DNA from: an uncultured Candidatus Saccharibacteria bacterium
GTDB taxonomy: Bacteria > Patescibacteriota > Minisyncoccia > Phycocordibacterales > UBA9973
Direction: 5' to 3'
DNA: 64,000 bases
Assembly: GCA_964634365.1 (NCBI GenBank)
Contig: CAZWJU010000001.1
Location: 86,585 to 150,584, forward strand
Positions 9,413-18,803 of this stretch are shown here, piece by piece. How positions within the stretch are numbered: the first letter of the stretch is position 1; each line of letters begins with the position of its first letter. A model generated the notes under the pieces. The model was not told where the DNA came from. It searched no databases and worked only from the letters and a program-made list of their open reading frames with translations. A program made the translations under genes and the position numbers.

Positions 9413-10345
9413 TTTATTCTTGTGAACCCAGATATACAGGTCTTCGAGGGCTTTGACAGCATCCCCGGCTGCTATGTTGTTTTGGTGGTATAGGCCGTTT
9501 GTAGCGTCTCCTGCAGCCCATATACCAGCTACTGAGGCTCTTTGGTTCATAGGGTCGACGATTATCTTGCGTTCCTTGTCGAGCTCTACAAAACCAGTCA
9601 AAAAGTCAGTATTTGGCAACTGGCCGATTTCTACGAATATTCCAGTTGTAGGTAGTGTTATTTCCTCGCCTGTATTTTTATCTTTGTAACTTATAGACTC
9701 TACAAATTGTGAGCCACTTACTTTAGTGATTTCTGCATCGGTTATGATTTTTGCTTTTGGATTTGCTCGAAGTTTTTCAACGGTTACTTCATCTGCGCGG
9801 AACTCAGAGCTTCTGTGGATTAGAGTTACGCTTTTACAATATGCAATAAGTTGGAGCGCAGATTCAAATCCAGCGTTGCCTCCACCTAGTACCACTACAT
9901 CTTGGTCAGAGAAAAGTGGGCCATCACACGATGCGCAATATGTGATACCTTTGTTTTCGTATTCAGTAGCTCCAGGTACATCGATTTTTCGTCTTTTTGA
10001 ACCAGTTGTGATAAGTACACTTCGAGTTTCGATTTGTTTACCATCGTTTGTACTAACTACAAATATATCGTCTTTCTTTTCAATTTTTTCTGCGCGCACA
10101 CCTTCCATGAGTGTTAGGGATTTACCATTGTAGTCTTCAGCGTGTTCTTTTAGACTCTTTGCTAGCTCCGCGCCAGAAATAGCCTTAGTTCCAATCCAGT
10201 TGTATATAGTTTCAGAGACGCTTGATTGTCCTCCAAATTCTTCTGCTATTAAAAGTGTCTCAAGGCGCTTGCGTGCGGCGTATACTGCGCCTGCTACTCC
10301 AGCTGGCCCTCCTCCTAAAATTATTAGATCGTATGTCATAGACAA
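9410..10345 (-). CDS. trxB: thioredoxin-disulfide reductase
   Basis: FAD-binding YDLIILGGGPAGVAGAVYAARK, redox-active CASCDG motif (CxxC), NADPH-site VVLGGGNAG. 311 aa. Confidence 0.85.
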   Translation of the reverse strand: MSMTYDLIILGGGPAGVAGAVYAARKRLETLLIAEEFGGQSSVSETIYNWIGTKAISGAELAKSLKEHAEDYNGKSLTLMEGVRAEKIEKKDDIFVVSTNDGKQIETRSVLITTGSKRRKIDVPGATEYENKGITYCASCDGPLFSDQDVVVLGGGNAGFESALQLIAYCKSVTLIHRSSEFRADEVTVEKLRANPKAKIITDAEITKVSGSQFVESISYKDKNTGEEITLPTTGIFVEIGQLPNTDFLTGFVELDKERKIIVDPMNQRASVAGIWAAGDATNGLYHQNNIAAGDAVKALEDLYIWVHKNK

Positions 10346-10456
10346 TGATTATAGCATATTAGGGAATAGTGATAAGGGATAAGGAATAGTTAATAATAAC
10401 CCGCCTCTGTCGGGGTTTATTTTTCTAATCGTTACTTTTTCAAAAAATAACTCACT

Positions 10457-10546
10457 TAATAGTGTTTCAAAAGACACGAAAATTTACTGCTATAAATTTT
10501 CTTTGTTTCGCGCCGTCGCACTACACAGAGTCTTTTGAAACACTAT
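10457..10546. repeat. 18-bp perfect inverted repeat pair (AATAGTGTTTCAAAAGAC ... GTCTTTTGAAACACTATT) enclosing ~55 nt
   Basis: Read directly from the sequence. Long-stem hairpin in the 518-bp trxB upstream / ftsZ downstream intergenic region. Confidence 0.6.
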
Positions 10547-10613
10547 TTGCGTTCGTCTAGATATGTAAATCTACAAGGCAAAGCTAGGGTTCAAGAATTC
10601 TAAATACACCAAT

Positions 10614-10727
10614 CCCCGACCTTTTAAAAGACTAGTGAGGGTTGATTAGCAAATCATGTCGGGAGACAAGAGCCGAGCTCGAGGAATTTTATAGCAATAA
10701 AATATCCGTACTTTTAAAAGGTCGGGG
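10614..10727. repeat. 17-bp perfect inverted repeat pair (CCCCGACCTTTTAAAAG ... CTTTTAAAAGGTCGGGG) enclosing ~80 nt
   Basis: Read directly from the sequence. Second long-stem hairpin, adjacent to the first. Confidence 0.6.
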
Positions 10728-10795
10728 ATGCAAAGAAAGTTTTCCAGAAACTAGACTCTAAGTTACCGCTAATAAAATTAAGGTTATGGGAAAAA

Positions 10796-10825
10796 AGAAA
10801 AATCCCCAGAGGGGATTTTTCTTTT
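10796..10825. terminator. intrinsic terminator (AAAAATCCCCAGAGGGGATTTTT), probable ftsZ terminator
   Basis: Perfect hairpin with flanking A/T tracts, immediately 3' of ftsZ on the minus strand. Confidence 0.65.
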
Positions 10826-10863
10826 ACTAGAAATTAGTTGCCTAAATTCTAATCTTACTATTT

Positions 10864-12072
10864 TTATTTCTTAGGTCGTCTTAGGAAAGCCGGCACCGCA
10901 CTCCAATCATCTGTATCATCTTCAAAAATATCATCTTCTTTTACCTCTGCTTTTTTTAGGTAGTCTGAAGGTAGAGAGTTGTGTATTTCTTTCTTTGGTT
11001 CGATTATTGTTTCAGGTTTAGGGCTAGGTTGTATTACAGGCTTTGCTTCAAATTCTTTTTGTCCTTGGAAAAGAGATCTCTTTGAAGAATCAGTAGGGAA
11101 TCCAGTTGCAATAACTGTAACCTTCATTTCACCTTTTTTGAGTCTTTCATCGCGGATTGTTCCGAATATTACACGTGCATCTTTGTCTATAGATTCTGTA
11201 ATTATTTTCGCTGCTTCTTGGATTTCTAGTATTCCCAAGTCATCTCCACCTGAGATTGCAAAGAGTACTCCGCGTGCTCCGTTTATAGATAGATCGAGTA
11301 GAGGAGAGTTTATAGCTTGTAGTGCTGCAGTTTGTGCGCGGTTGTCTCCAGATCCAAATCCGATACCCATGAGTGCACTTCCTGCATCTGACATAACTGC
11401 CTTGATGTCTGCAAAGTCTACGTTGATTATACCTGGAGTTGTGATCAGGTCTGAGATTCCTTCTACAGCTTGGCGCAAGATTTCGTCGCAAAGTGCAAAA
11501 GCTTGTTTGAATCCAGTGTCTTTATCAGCAATCATTAACAGACGGTCGTTTGGTATTACGAGTATTGCATCAACTTCTTTTTCAAGCTCACTTAGTCCAT
11601 TTTCTGCAAGCTTCATGCGTTGATTGCCTTCAAATGAGAATGGTTTTGTAACTACTGCTACTGTTAGTATCCCTTGTTCTTTTGCTGCTCGAGCTACGAT
11701 TGGAGCTGCTCCAGTACCTGTTCCTCCTCCCATACCGCAAGCGATGAACACCATATCTGCGCCTTTTATTGTGTCTTGGATTTCAGCTTTTGTTTCTTCT
11801 GCAGCTTTCTTGCCCACATCAGGGTTCATACCAGCACCAAGACCTTTGGTAAGGTTTTTACCAATGTGAATTTTCTTGTCTGCTAGAGACTTGTGGAGGT
11901 CTTGTGTGTCAGTATTCATACATATGAATTCAACACCCTTTACCTTAGAGCTAATCATGTGGTTTATGGCATTGCCGCCGGATCCTCCGACTCCAATAAC
12001 CTTTATTCGTGCAAATGTTTCAATTTCTGGGTTTATTTTAGGCATACAAAACGGCATTTGGGGATCCCCCAA
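10864..12072 (-). CDS. ftsZ: cell division GTPase FtsZ
   Basis: IKVIGVGGSGGNAINHM and tubulin signature GMGGGTGTGAAPIVA. The true start may be an internal Met (MPKINPEI). Confidence 0.9.
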   Translation of the reverse strand: MGDPQMPFCMPKINPEIETFARIKVIGVGGSGGNAINHMISSKVKGVEFICMNTDTQDLHKSLADKKIHIGKNLTKGLGAGMNPDVGKKAAEETKAEIQDTIKGADMVFIACGMGGGTGTGAAPIVARAAKEQGILTVAVVTKPFSFEGNQRMKLAENGLSELEKEVDAILVIPNDRLLMIADKDTGFKQAFALCDEILRQAVEGISDLITTPGIINVDFADIKAVMSDAGSALMGIGFGSGDNRAQTAALQAINSPLLDLSINGARGVLFAISGGDDLGILEIQEAAKIITESIDKDARVIFGTIRDERLKKGEMKVTVIATGFPTDSSKRSLFQGQKEFEAKPVIQPSPKPETIIEPKKEIHNSLPSDYLKKAEVKEDDIFEDDTDDWSAVPAFLRRPKK

Positions 12073-12152
12073 ACGCGTACTAAAAGTAGTAATGGACCAA
12101 AACTGTTATACCAGTCACTATACCAGATAATATTGAAAAGACACAAGGGGTA

Positions 12153-13307
12153 CTAGGGGAGTAGCTGTTTACCCAAAATTCTGAAGAATTTTTTGAGATT
12201 TGTGAGTATTCCGCCCCCGCCTCCTATCATAGATGATTCTTTTTGTATTATCGCAAGACCAAATGCGTTGCTCCAAACAGAATCACGGATTTTACCTTTT
12301 GATATTTCTACTAGTTGATCTATTCCTAGTCTTGCAGGAAGTTTAAGTGAAAGTCTTGCTCCTTCTTCGAGATTCGTAAACTGAGAACTGCCTCCGATAA
12401 ATATTGCACCTGCAGGTAACAGTCCAGATCTACGAATTTTTTTCAAATGTGTATCTATTAGCTCGAACATATCAGAGAGTCTTGCTTCAATAATGTCGTC
12501 GAGTTTTCTTTTTGTGAAATTACTCATTATGCTTCCAGTTTTTATACCTTCTGCTTCTTCTAGAGGAATTTTCAATCCGAGTGCGATATCGTTTGTTATG
12601 TCGTTTCCTCCAATAGGGAAGACTGACATTGTTACAGGTTGGTTGTCTTCATAGACTACGATACTTGTAGTTTCAGAACCGATATTTACAAGTACGCAAC
12701 CTGCGGTTTTTTGTTTTTCACCAAGGTGTATTACTCCTGCAGCTACAATACTAGGTACTATATCTATAATATCTACTCCAGCTTCACTAACAGCTCCTAT
12801 AAGCAGATCCAAATGTTGAGCTAGGGAAGTATTGAAAAGTGTTTTTACTTCAAGCTTTACACCCTTCATACCGATTGGCGAACCTAAAACATTTTTACCG
12901 TCTATACGAAAAGCGATCGGGTGGTTGTCGATTATTTTTTTGTTGGCTAGAGTGAGTTCTTCTTCGGATTCTAGTATGGCTTTTTCTACGTCTAAGTGAG
13001 TAACTTCACTGTCTGCCTTTGATATGATCGCAGAGCCAGAGCTTGTCTCGCACGCTAGTGTGACTCCGCCTACACCTAGCATGACTCTTTTTACAGATAC
13101 TCCAGAATTTTTCTCAGCATCTTTTAGAGCACGTAGGACTGATGCAGAAACATGAGCCTGATTTACGACATATCCATGTCGCATACCTCGAGTAGGAGCA
13201 GAGCCAAGTCCAATAACCCTTGGGTATTGTTCACCCTGTATTTTTTCACACACAACAACACGTGTAGTTTGTGTGCCTACATCTAAACCGGCTGTAATAT
13301 TTCGCAT
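12153..13307 (-). CDS. ftsA: cell division protein FtsA (actin-like ATPase)
   Basis: N-terminal ITAGLDVGTQTTRVVV phosphate-1 motif, actin fold, directly upstream of ftsZ. Confidence 0.85.
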   Translation of the reverse strand: MRNITAGLDVGTQTTRVVVCEKIQGEQYPRVIGLGSAPTRGMRHGYVVNQAHVSASVLRALKDAEKNSGVSVKRVMLGVGGVTLACETSSGSAIISKADSEVTHLDVEKAILESEEELTLANKKIIDNHPIAFRIDGKNVLGSPIGMKGVKLEVKTLFNTSLAQHLDLLIGAVSEAGVDIIDIVPSIVAAGVIHLGEKQKTAGCVLVNIGSETTSIVVYEDNQPVTMSVFPIGGNDITNDIALGLKIPLEEAEGIKTGSIMSNFTKRKLDDIIEARLSDMFELIDTHLKKIRRSGLLPAGAIFIGGSSQFTNLEEGARLSLKLPARLGIDQLVEISKGKIRDSVWSNAFGLAIIQKESSMIGGGGGILTNLKKFFRILGKQLLP

Positions 13308-13334
13308 ACTTGTATTTGGAATTCGAAAAGAGGA

Positions 13335-13727
13335 TTATTTTATGTGAAAATATTTTTTCCACTTTTCTTCCTTGCTTTCCATTGTACTACCATGATCGAA
13401 TCCTAACAAATGCAGCATTCCGTGGATAATTAAAAATCCTGTAAAATTTTTTACATTCATACCAAACTTAGGCGCTTCTTTTTTTATTACGTCTGGAGCT
13501 AGTAGTATTTCGCCAGATTTTTCTGTTAGAGAGAAAGATAGTACGTTGGTCGATTTGTTTTTGCCTCTGTATTTTTTGTTTATCTTTTTTATTTCTTTAT
13601 CTTCCATGAATACGATTGAGAGTTCGTATTTTTTACCCAAAATCTTTTCTTTCATATTCGCAAAAGGCAAGCGTGGAAGCTTGCCTTTCGTTTGGTTGAT
13701 GATACTTGTTGTATCTAGTTTCAACAT
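13335..13727 (-). CDS. ybeY: rRNA maturation endoribonuclease YbeY
   Basis: Zinc-binding motif HGMLHLLGFDH (HxxxHxxGxDH). 130 aa. Confidence 0.85.
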   Translation of the reverse strand: MLKLDTTSIINQTKGKLPRLPFANMKEKILGKKYELSIVFMEDKEIKKINKKYRGKNKSTNVLSFSLTEKSGEILLAPDVIKKEAPKFGMNVKNFTGFLIIHGMLHLLGFDHGSTMESKEEKWKKYFHIK

Positions 13728-13730
13728 ATC

Positions 13731-13970
13731 TTAACGAGAACGTTCTACAATTTTACCTAGTTTCTTTAGTCGTTCCATGTTTTTTCTCTTCGCAAGATTT
13801 TTTAGTTTACCTTTTTTTAGTGCTAGTTTTGAAAGCGCTCTTTCGCTGTATCTGTTACCTTTCACTTTTTGAAGTAAACCAGCTTCTTGTACTCGACGAG
13901 TAAAACGTCTTAGGACACTGGCATTGTTTTCGTTTGCGTTCTTTTTTATTTCTATACTTACGGTTGACAT
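13731..13970 (-). CDS. rpsU: 30S ribosomal protein S21
   Basis: VSIEIKKNANENNASVLRRFTRRVQEAGLLQKVKGNRYSE...KRK matches the bS21 pattern. Start assigned to the internal Met (MSTVSIEI) of the 91-aa ORF. Confidence 0.7.
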   Translation of the reverse strand: MSTVSIEIKKNANENNASVLRRFTRRVQEAGLLQKVKGNRYSERALSKLALKKGKLKNLAKRKNMERLKKLGKIVERSR

Positions 13971-14014
13971 AAGTGTAAAGATACCATAGTAATACCAGTC
14001 TTGCAAGGGGGTAT

Positions 14015-15943
14015 TTATAGGATACTACTAGGATTTATCTCTATTTCTATATCTAGAGGTAGGCTTCTTAGGCTGGACTCTATACCGCTGTCTAGATCTT
14101 TCTTTTGGGCCAATTTTTCCATAGACCATGAATTCTCGGGTATTTTTAGAAGAAGAGAGACTTTATATTCGTCTTTTTTGCCTGCGACTACACTTTCCCA
14201 TATATCAAATTGCACACCAGAGAATATTTCTATTAGAATTTTTGATATTTCTGTGACCTTTTCTTTTTTACCCTTTGCTACGATTTTGAATATTGTTGAA
14301 TATGGTGGGTAAAAGAAATTTTTCCTATCAGATAGTTCGTTTCTGAAAAAAGAATGTAGTGTTCCGTGCATATATGCTTCCAAGACATCTTCTCCGCTTC
14401 TGGATTGGATTAGTAGTTCGTCTTTTGTGTTTATGGATATGTCGTCTAGAAGTCTGATCACTTTTTCGCTGATCGTATAAGACGGAATCGAAAACAGTGT
14501 GTCAAAAGATACGATTACAGATACCGGTACTTTTTTTGTAAAATAGTACATTGCAAGTTCGGTTCCGACTAAAATACTTCCTGGAGAATTTTCGAATTCC
14601 TCGATTAGTGCCACAGCTTCTTTGTGGGATTTTATGCGTTCTTTGTCTATTTGAAATATTTTTCTAGAAGGGAAGCGTTCAGAGAGTGCTTCGTAGACTC
14701 TGTCTGTCCCGATTCCGAGTGCTACAAGATTCCAGCTTCCACAAGATGAGCAAGTTATGTTTGTGCGCTCTTTGTATTTACATTTTTGGCACATAAAGCT
14801 ACGAGCTCCAGTTTCGTTTTTCTTGTCGGCTCCGAGTAGGAACAGAGGGGTTTTGCATTTTGGGCAACGCACACGCTCACCACAATCGTTGCAAACTGTT
14901 GTAGGAGCGAAGCCTTTTCGTAGCGCAAACATAAAAACACTAGTTTTGTTTTCCTCGGTCTTTGCCAATAAGTTTTCTACTTCTTCTGAAAATATAAAGC
15001 CCTGCTTTTTATCACTTTTAACACTGCGGTCGATTAGGGTTACTGAGTTTGGTTTTTCAATTCTAAAATTTAGAGGTCGAATTTCTAAAAATTCGTGAGT
15101 TTCTAGTTTGTATAAAGTTTCTGAGCGAAGTATCGTGTCGCATAAAAGCAATCTTATCTTATAAGTATGTGCGTAGAAGTATGCCACTATCCGCATATCT
15201 ATATGTGGTGTAGATATAGTTTTGTATGCATCGGAGCTTTCATTTTCAACTATCAGGGTACCGATATCTTTTCTCGGTACACACAAAAAACTTCCTGTAC
15301 CTATGATGCATAGCGGGTGTGGTTCCTCGGATATTTTCTTGAAAGATTTTACTAACACAGAATCTTTTTCTCCACTGTACAAGAGAACTGAGTACTCTTC
15401 TATTCCGCGCGACAGGAAGTCGTAAAGTTTCTGAGCATCAAACCATGTTGGGACCATTATGAAGACAGACTCTTTGCGAGCAAAAGATTCACGGATTAGT
15501 GTTTTGTAATAAAGTTGCCGCTCGCTCTTAGAAGCTTGTAGGATAAATTTTTCTACTGATTTTTTGTTTTGGCTTGCGATTTCTTGGTCCGGTTTTTTAT
15601 CCAATTTTATTTTCTGAATAAATATAGACGGTATGAGTGCGCTGAAAACACTAGGTCCAGTTGCAACAAAGTATCTTCTGGTCATTTCTACAACTTCGAG
15701 AAATTTTTCACTTAGAAAAGTGTGTCCTTTTACACGTGATATTTTTTTAAGCTTAAAGGAAGCTCTTTTGAATTCTTGTTTATCGGTTTTTAAGTCTTTG
15801 CATTCGAGTACGAGTGCGTCTACCTCTCTTCTGCCTATTTCTACACTAACTACACTCCCTGGCTCTATGGGATTTCCTGAAAAATAAGTTAGCTCTTCTA
15901 ACTTAGCTACTTTTTTAATTGGCACTACTCGGACGCTGTACAT
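14015..15943 (-). CDS. priA: primosomal protein N' (PriA)-like, with degenerate Walker A and Walker B motifs
   Basis: PriA Cys-rich zinc region CNDCGERVRCPKCKTPL...CQKCKYK...CSSCGS. Helicase-like layout, but SKSER replaces Walker A GSGKT and LIVENESS replaces VIVDEEHD. The longer start at 15988 is possible. Confidence 0.7.
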   Translation of the reverse strand: MYSVRVVPIKKVAKLEELTYFSGNPIEPGSVVSVEIGRREVDALVLECKDLKTDKQEFKRASFKLKKISRVKGHTFLSEKFLEVVEMTRRYFVATGPSVFSALIPSIFIQKIKLDKKPDQEIASQNKKSVEKFILQASKSERQLYYKTLIRESFARKESVFIMVPTWFDAQKLYDFLSRGIEEYSVLLYSGEKDSVLVKSFKKISEEPHPLCIIGTGSFLCVPRKDIGTLIVENESSDAYKTISTPHIDMRIVAYFYAHTYKIRLLLCDTILRSETLYKLETHEFLEIRPLNFRIEKPNSVTLIDRSVKSDKKQGFIFSEEVENLLAKTEENKTSVFMFALRKGFAPTTVCNDCGERVRCPKCKTPLFLLGADKKNETGARSFMCQKCKYKERTNITCSSCGSWNLVALGIGTDRVYEALSERFPSRKIFQIDKERIKSHKEAVALIEEFENSPGSILVGTELAMYYFTKKVPVSVIVSFDTLFSIPSYTISEKVIRLLDDISINTKDELLIQSRSGEDVLEAYMHGTLHSFFRNELSDRKNFFYPPYSTIFKIVAKGKKEKVTEISKILIEIFSGVQFDIWESVVAGKKDEYKVSLLLKIPENSWSMEKLAQKKDLDSGIESSLRSLPLDIEIEINPSSIL

Positions 15944-16049
15944 ATTCCAAAAATACCATATTGGCCGGTTTCTAACTATTCTTGCCAAAGTGTGTTTTAT
16001 TCTGTACTATCCGAATTAATATTGCTCACTAAAACAAAATTTAATATAG

Positions 16050-17219
16050 ATGCAAAAAATAACCGCAGAGACTACTTTTTCTACTCACCTGATTGACTCA
16101 ATCAAGAATGAGGCTGAGATTGCCATGAGGGCAGGAATATTTCCGGGTTGCGTGATTGGCTTGATTAAGCCAAATGCAAACAACGGCAGGGATATCGATG
16201 ATGTTTTTGATTCGCTCATATTGAGTTACGGATCCGCTACGTATGGGCACTCACTACTTCTCGGTCAATATTCCGTGTACGATATAGCGAGTATTACAAA
16301 AACTTTTACTGCCATGCTCGCACTAAAGCTAGTAAATGATGGAAAAATATCACTCGATACAAAGATTGCAAGCATCTTGCCTTTGGAGGGTGAATATATA
16401 GAAGATATAACTTTGTATCACCTGCTTACATTTACTATTGAATTCAATTTGCGAGAAGGTATAGATGTTTTATGGAATATGCCTACAGAGAAAATATTGA
16501 AAACTATTTTTACAGTAGGACTTCGAGAGGCTCCAGGCACACATCATCAGTATCGAAACTCCACAACATTACTTTTGGGATTGGTAATTGAGACGGTGGC
16601 TGAAAAACCGCTTGATATATTCATGAAGGAGGTAATTTTCGAGCCTTTCGGTATGCACTACACTACATACCACCCGAGTGATTTTTGCCTTTGGAAAGAT
16701 GCGATTGTTCCAACTGAGTATGATGAAAAATTCAGAAAGAGATTGATCGTAGGAGAGGTACATGACGAATTATCTTGGAAGTTTTATCAGGATAATAAAA
16801 GATGTACTGGAGTAGCTGGAGTTTTCTCTACGCCAAATGACCTTGTTCAATTTGCAAAAGCAGTGTTGCGAGGATGCCAGATCGGTGGATACAAACTTTA
16901 TCCAAATGGTTTTCAAGATGAAAGAAACATCGGTATCCAAATGCAAAAGGATCAACTCACTCATCTGCCGGGACACAGATTCGGTTTTGGGTGGGATAAG
17001 TTTTTTCCTGAATATTCGCATTGCAGATGTTTTACTGAAAATGCGATCGTAGCTACGGGTTTTACTGGATGTTCAGTAACGCTTCATACTGAGAAAAAGC
17101 TTGGGATTGTGATTTGCACAAACGTTGTACATCCTAAAAGGCGCACAGATAAAGCGATGAAAGAATTTCGTCAGCGCATAGCGAATCTTGTGGTGTATTG
17201 CAAGCATTGCGATGAATGA
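16050..17219 (+). CDS. serine hydrolase of the beta-lactamase / low-MW PBP family
   Basis: S-x-x-K active-site motif in YDIASITKTFTAMLAL. 389 aa. Similar in layout to the AmpH/PBP4* class. Confidence 0.7.
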   Translation: MQKITAETTFSTHLIDSIKNEAEIAMRAGIFPGCVIGLIKPNANNGRDIDDVFDSLILSYGSATYGHSLLLGQYSVYDIASITKTFTAMLALKLVNDGKISLDTKIASILPLEGEYIEDITLYHLLTFTIEFNLREGIDVLWNMPTEKILKTIFTVGLREAPGTHHQYRNSTTLLLGLVIETVAEKPLDIFMKEVIFEPFGMHYTTYHPSDFCLWKDAIVPTEYDEKFRKRLIVGEVHDELSWKFYQDNKRCTGVAGVFSTPNDLVQFAKAVLRGCQIGGYKLYPNGFQDERNIGIQMQKDQLTHLPGHRFGFGWDKFFPEYSHCRCFTENAIVATGFTGCSVTLHTEKKLGIVICTNVVHPKRRTDKAMKEFRQRIANLVVYCKHCDE

Positions 17220-17267
17220 TTTTACAAACGACTCGAAAAAGGGTCGTTTTTTTGTTATTATTTTTTT

Positions 17268-18764
17268 ATGACAGAAGAAGCTAAAAAATATTACGAGGAG
17301 AAATTGAAGGTTTTACCGGATGCAGATATAAGAAATACAAGACGAAATGAACCTGAAAATATTGATCAGATTAGGAGAGTTCATCTTACAGGTGTTTGTG
17401 GTACTGCTATGGGATCTTTGGCTGGGCTTTTTCAAGAGGCGGGATATGAGATTAGTGGTAGCGACGAAAAATGCTATCCACCGATGAGTAATTTTATAAA
17501 AAATAATAATATAAAATTTTACGAAGGTTTTAGTGCAGAAAATATTAATGGAAAAGATTTGTCTATTACTGCAAATATGTTCGGCGCAGACAATACAGAA
17601 GCAGTTGTTGTAAGAAATAATTTTCTACCTCAGCTTTCAATGGCAGATGCAATCAATAAATTTTTTATTAAAGATAGAAAATCGCTAGTAGTCTGTGGTA
17701 CTCATGGTAAAACCACAACAACAGGACTTTTAGAACATGTTTTCACTGTTTGTGGTAAAGACCCAGGATATCTAGTAGGTGGGATACCTGTAGGTAGTGA
17801 GAAAAGTTACAACGTAGGGACTGGCGAGCATTTTATAATTGAAGGCGACGAGTACGATACATCTTATTTTGATAAGAGTCCTAAGTTTTTGCATTACAAT
17901 CCATATATCGCGATTGTAACTTCAATTGAGCTTGATCATGTAGATATATATAGAGATTTGGAAGACTATAAACAAGCTTTTAAGTTTTTGGCGCAGACAG
18001 TAGCGGAAAATGGTTTATTGGTATTGTGCAATGAGAACCCGAACGCATTGGAGCTTAAAGATTTTACAAAAGCAGAAGTTGTGACTTATGGTTTTGATGA
18101 AAGTGCAAATATTTTTGCTAAAGATATAAAAAATAGTCTGTCTGGGCAAAGTGCAGATATATATATGAATAAAGTTTTACTCGGCAGAATAGAAACTCCA
18201 CTTTTTGGTAAATACAATTTACTTAATACTTTATCGGTTGTAGCGGTCGCTATGCGCGAAGGGATTTTGTTCGATGACATAGTCCATGCACTAAAAACTT
18301 TTCGAGGCATGAAGAGAAGACAGGAGATAATAGGTATAGAAAATGGAATAACTGTTATAGATGATTTTGCTCATCATCCTACTGCAGTGCGAGAGACTTT
18401 GTCTGGTATTCGAGAAAGATTTCAAGACAAAAGAATCGTGGTATTTTTTGAGCCACGTTCTGTGACAAGTAGAAGAAAGATTTTTGAAAATGAATATGGC
18501 AAAGCATTTTCTGATGCGGATTTAGTATTTTTATCCATGCCAGAATTGCGCTCTGTAGACAATAAAGATGATTTTGTTGATCCAGAAAAAATTACTTCAA
18601 TAATTCGTTCAGAAAACAAAGAAGCATATCCATTGAAAAATGCTACAGAAGTTTTAGAAAAATATTTACCAATATCAAAAGAAGGTGATGTGGTTGTTGT
18701 TATGAGCAACAGCTCTTTTGATGGGATACACAAAAAGCTTCTAGAAAAGTTGAAAAACCTATAA
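17268..18764 (+). CDS. Mur ligase of the MurC/Mpl family (UDP-N-acetylmuramate-L-alanine ligase or murein peptide ligase)
   Basis: N-terminal HLTGVCGTAMGSLAGL...GSDEKCYPPMS (Mpl/MurC Rossmann motif, YPPMS is Mpl-like). ATP-site GTHGKTTTT. 498 aa. Confidence 0.8.
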   Translation: MTEEAKKYYEEKLKVLPDADIRNTRRNEPENIDQIRRVHLTGVCGTAMGSLAGLFQEAGYEISGSDEKCYPPMSNFIKNNNIKFYEGFSAENINGKDLSITANMFGADNTEAVVVRNNFLPQLSMADAINKFFIKDRKSLVVCGTHGKTTTTGLLEHVFTVCGKDPGYLVGGIPVGSEKSYNVGTGEHFIIEGDEYDTSYFDKSPKFLHYNPYIAIVTSIELDHVDIYRDLEDYKQAFKFLAQTVAENGLLVLCNENPNALELKDFTKAEVVTYGFDESANIFAKDIKNSLSGQSADIYMNKVLLGRIETPLFGKYNLLNTLSVVAVAMREGILFDDIVHALKTFRGMKRRQEIIGIENGITVIDDFAHHPTAVRETLSGIRERFQDKRIVVFFEPRSVTSRRKIFENEYGKAFSDADLVFLSMPELRSVDNKDDFVDPEKITSIIRSENKEAYPLKNATEVLEKYLPISKEGDVVVVMSNSSFDGIHKKLLEKLKNL

Positions 18765-18803
18765 CTTTTAGGCCTGTAAAAATATGCTATAATACCGGGA
18801 CTG

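Noticed and set aside
10585-10600. GGTTCAAGAATTC resembling a tRNA T-loop
   Set aside because: No acceptor or anticodon stem can be drawn around it. It lies in the loop of the long inverted repeat. No tRNA in the window by eye.
10979-11869. Plus-strand ORFs (214 aa, 81 aa, 70 aa) inside ftsZ
   Set aside because: Fully antisense to a strongly supported FtsZ reading frame. Ser/Pro/Ala-rich low-complexity translation typical of antisense-frame artefacts.
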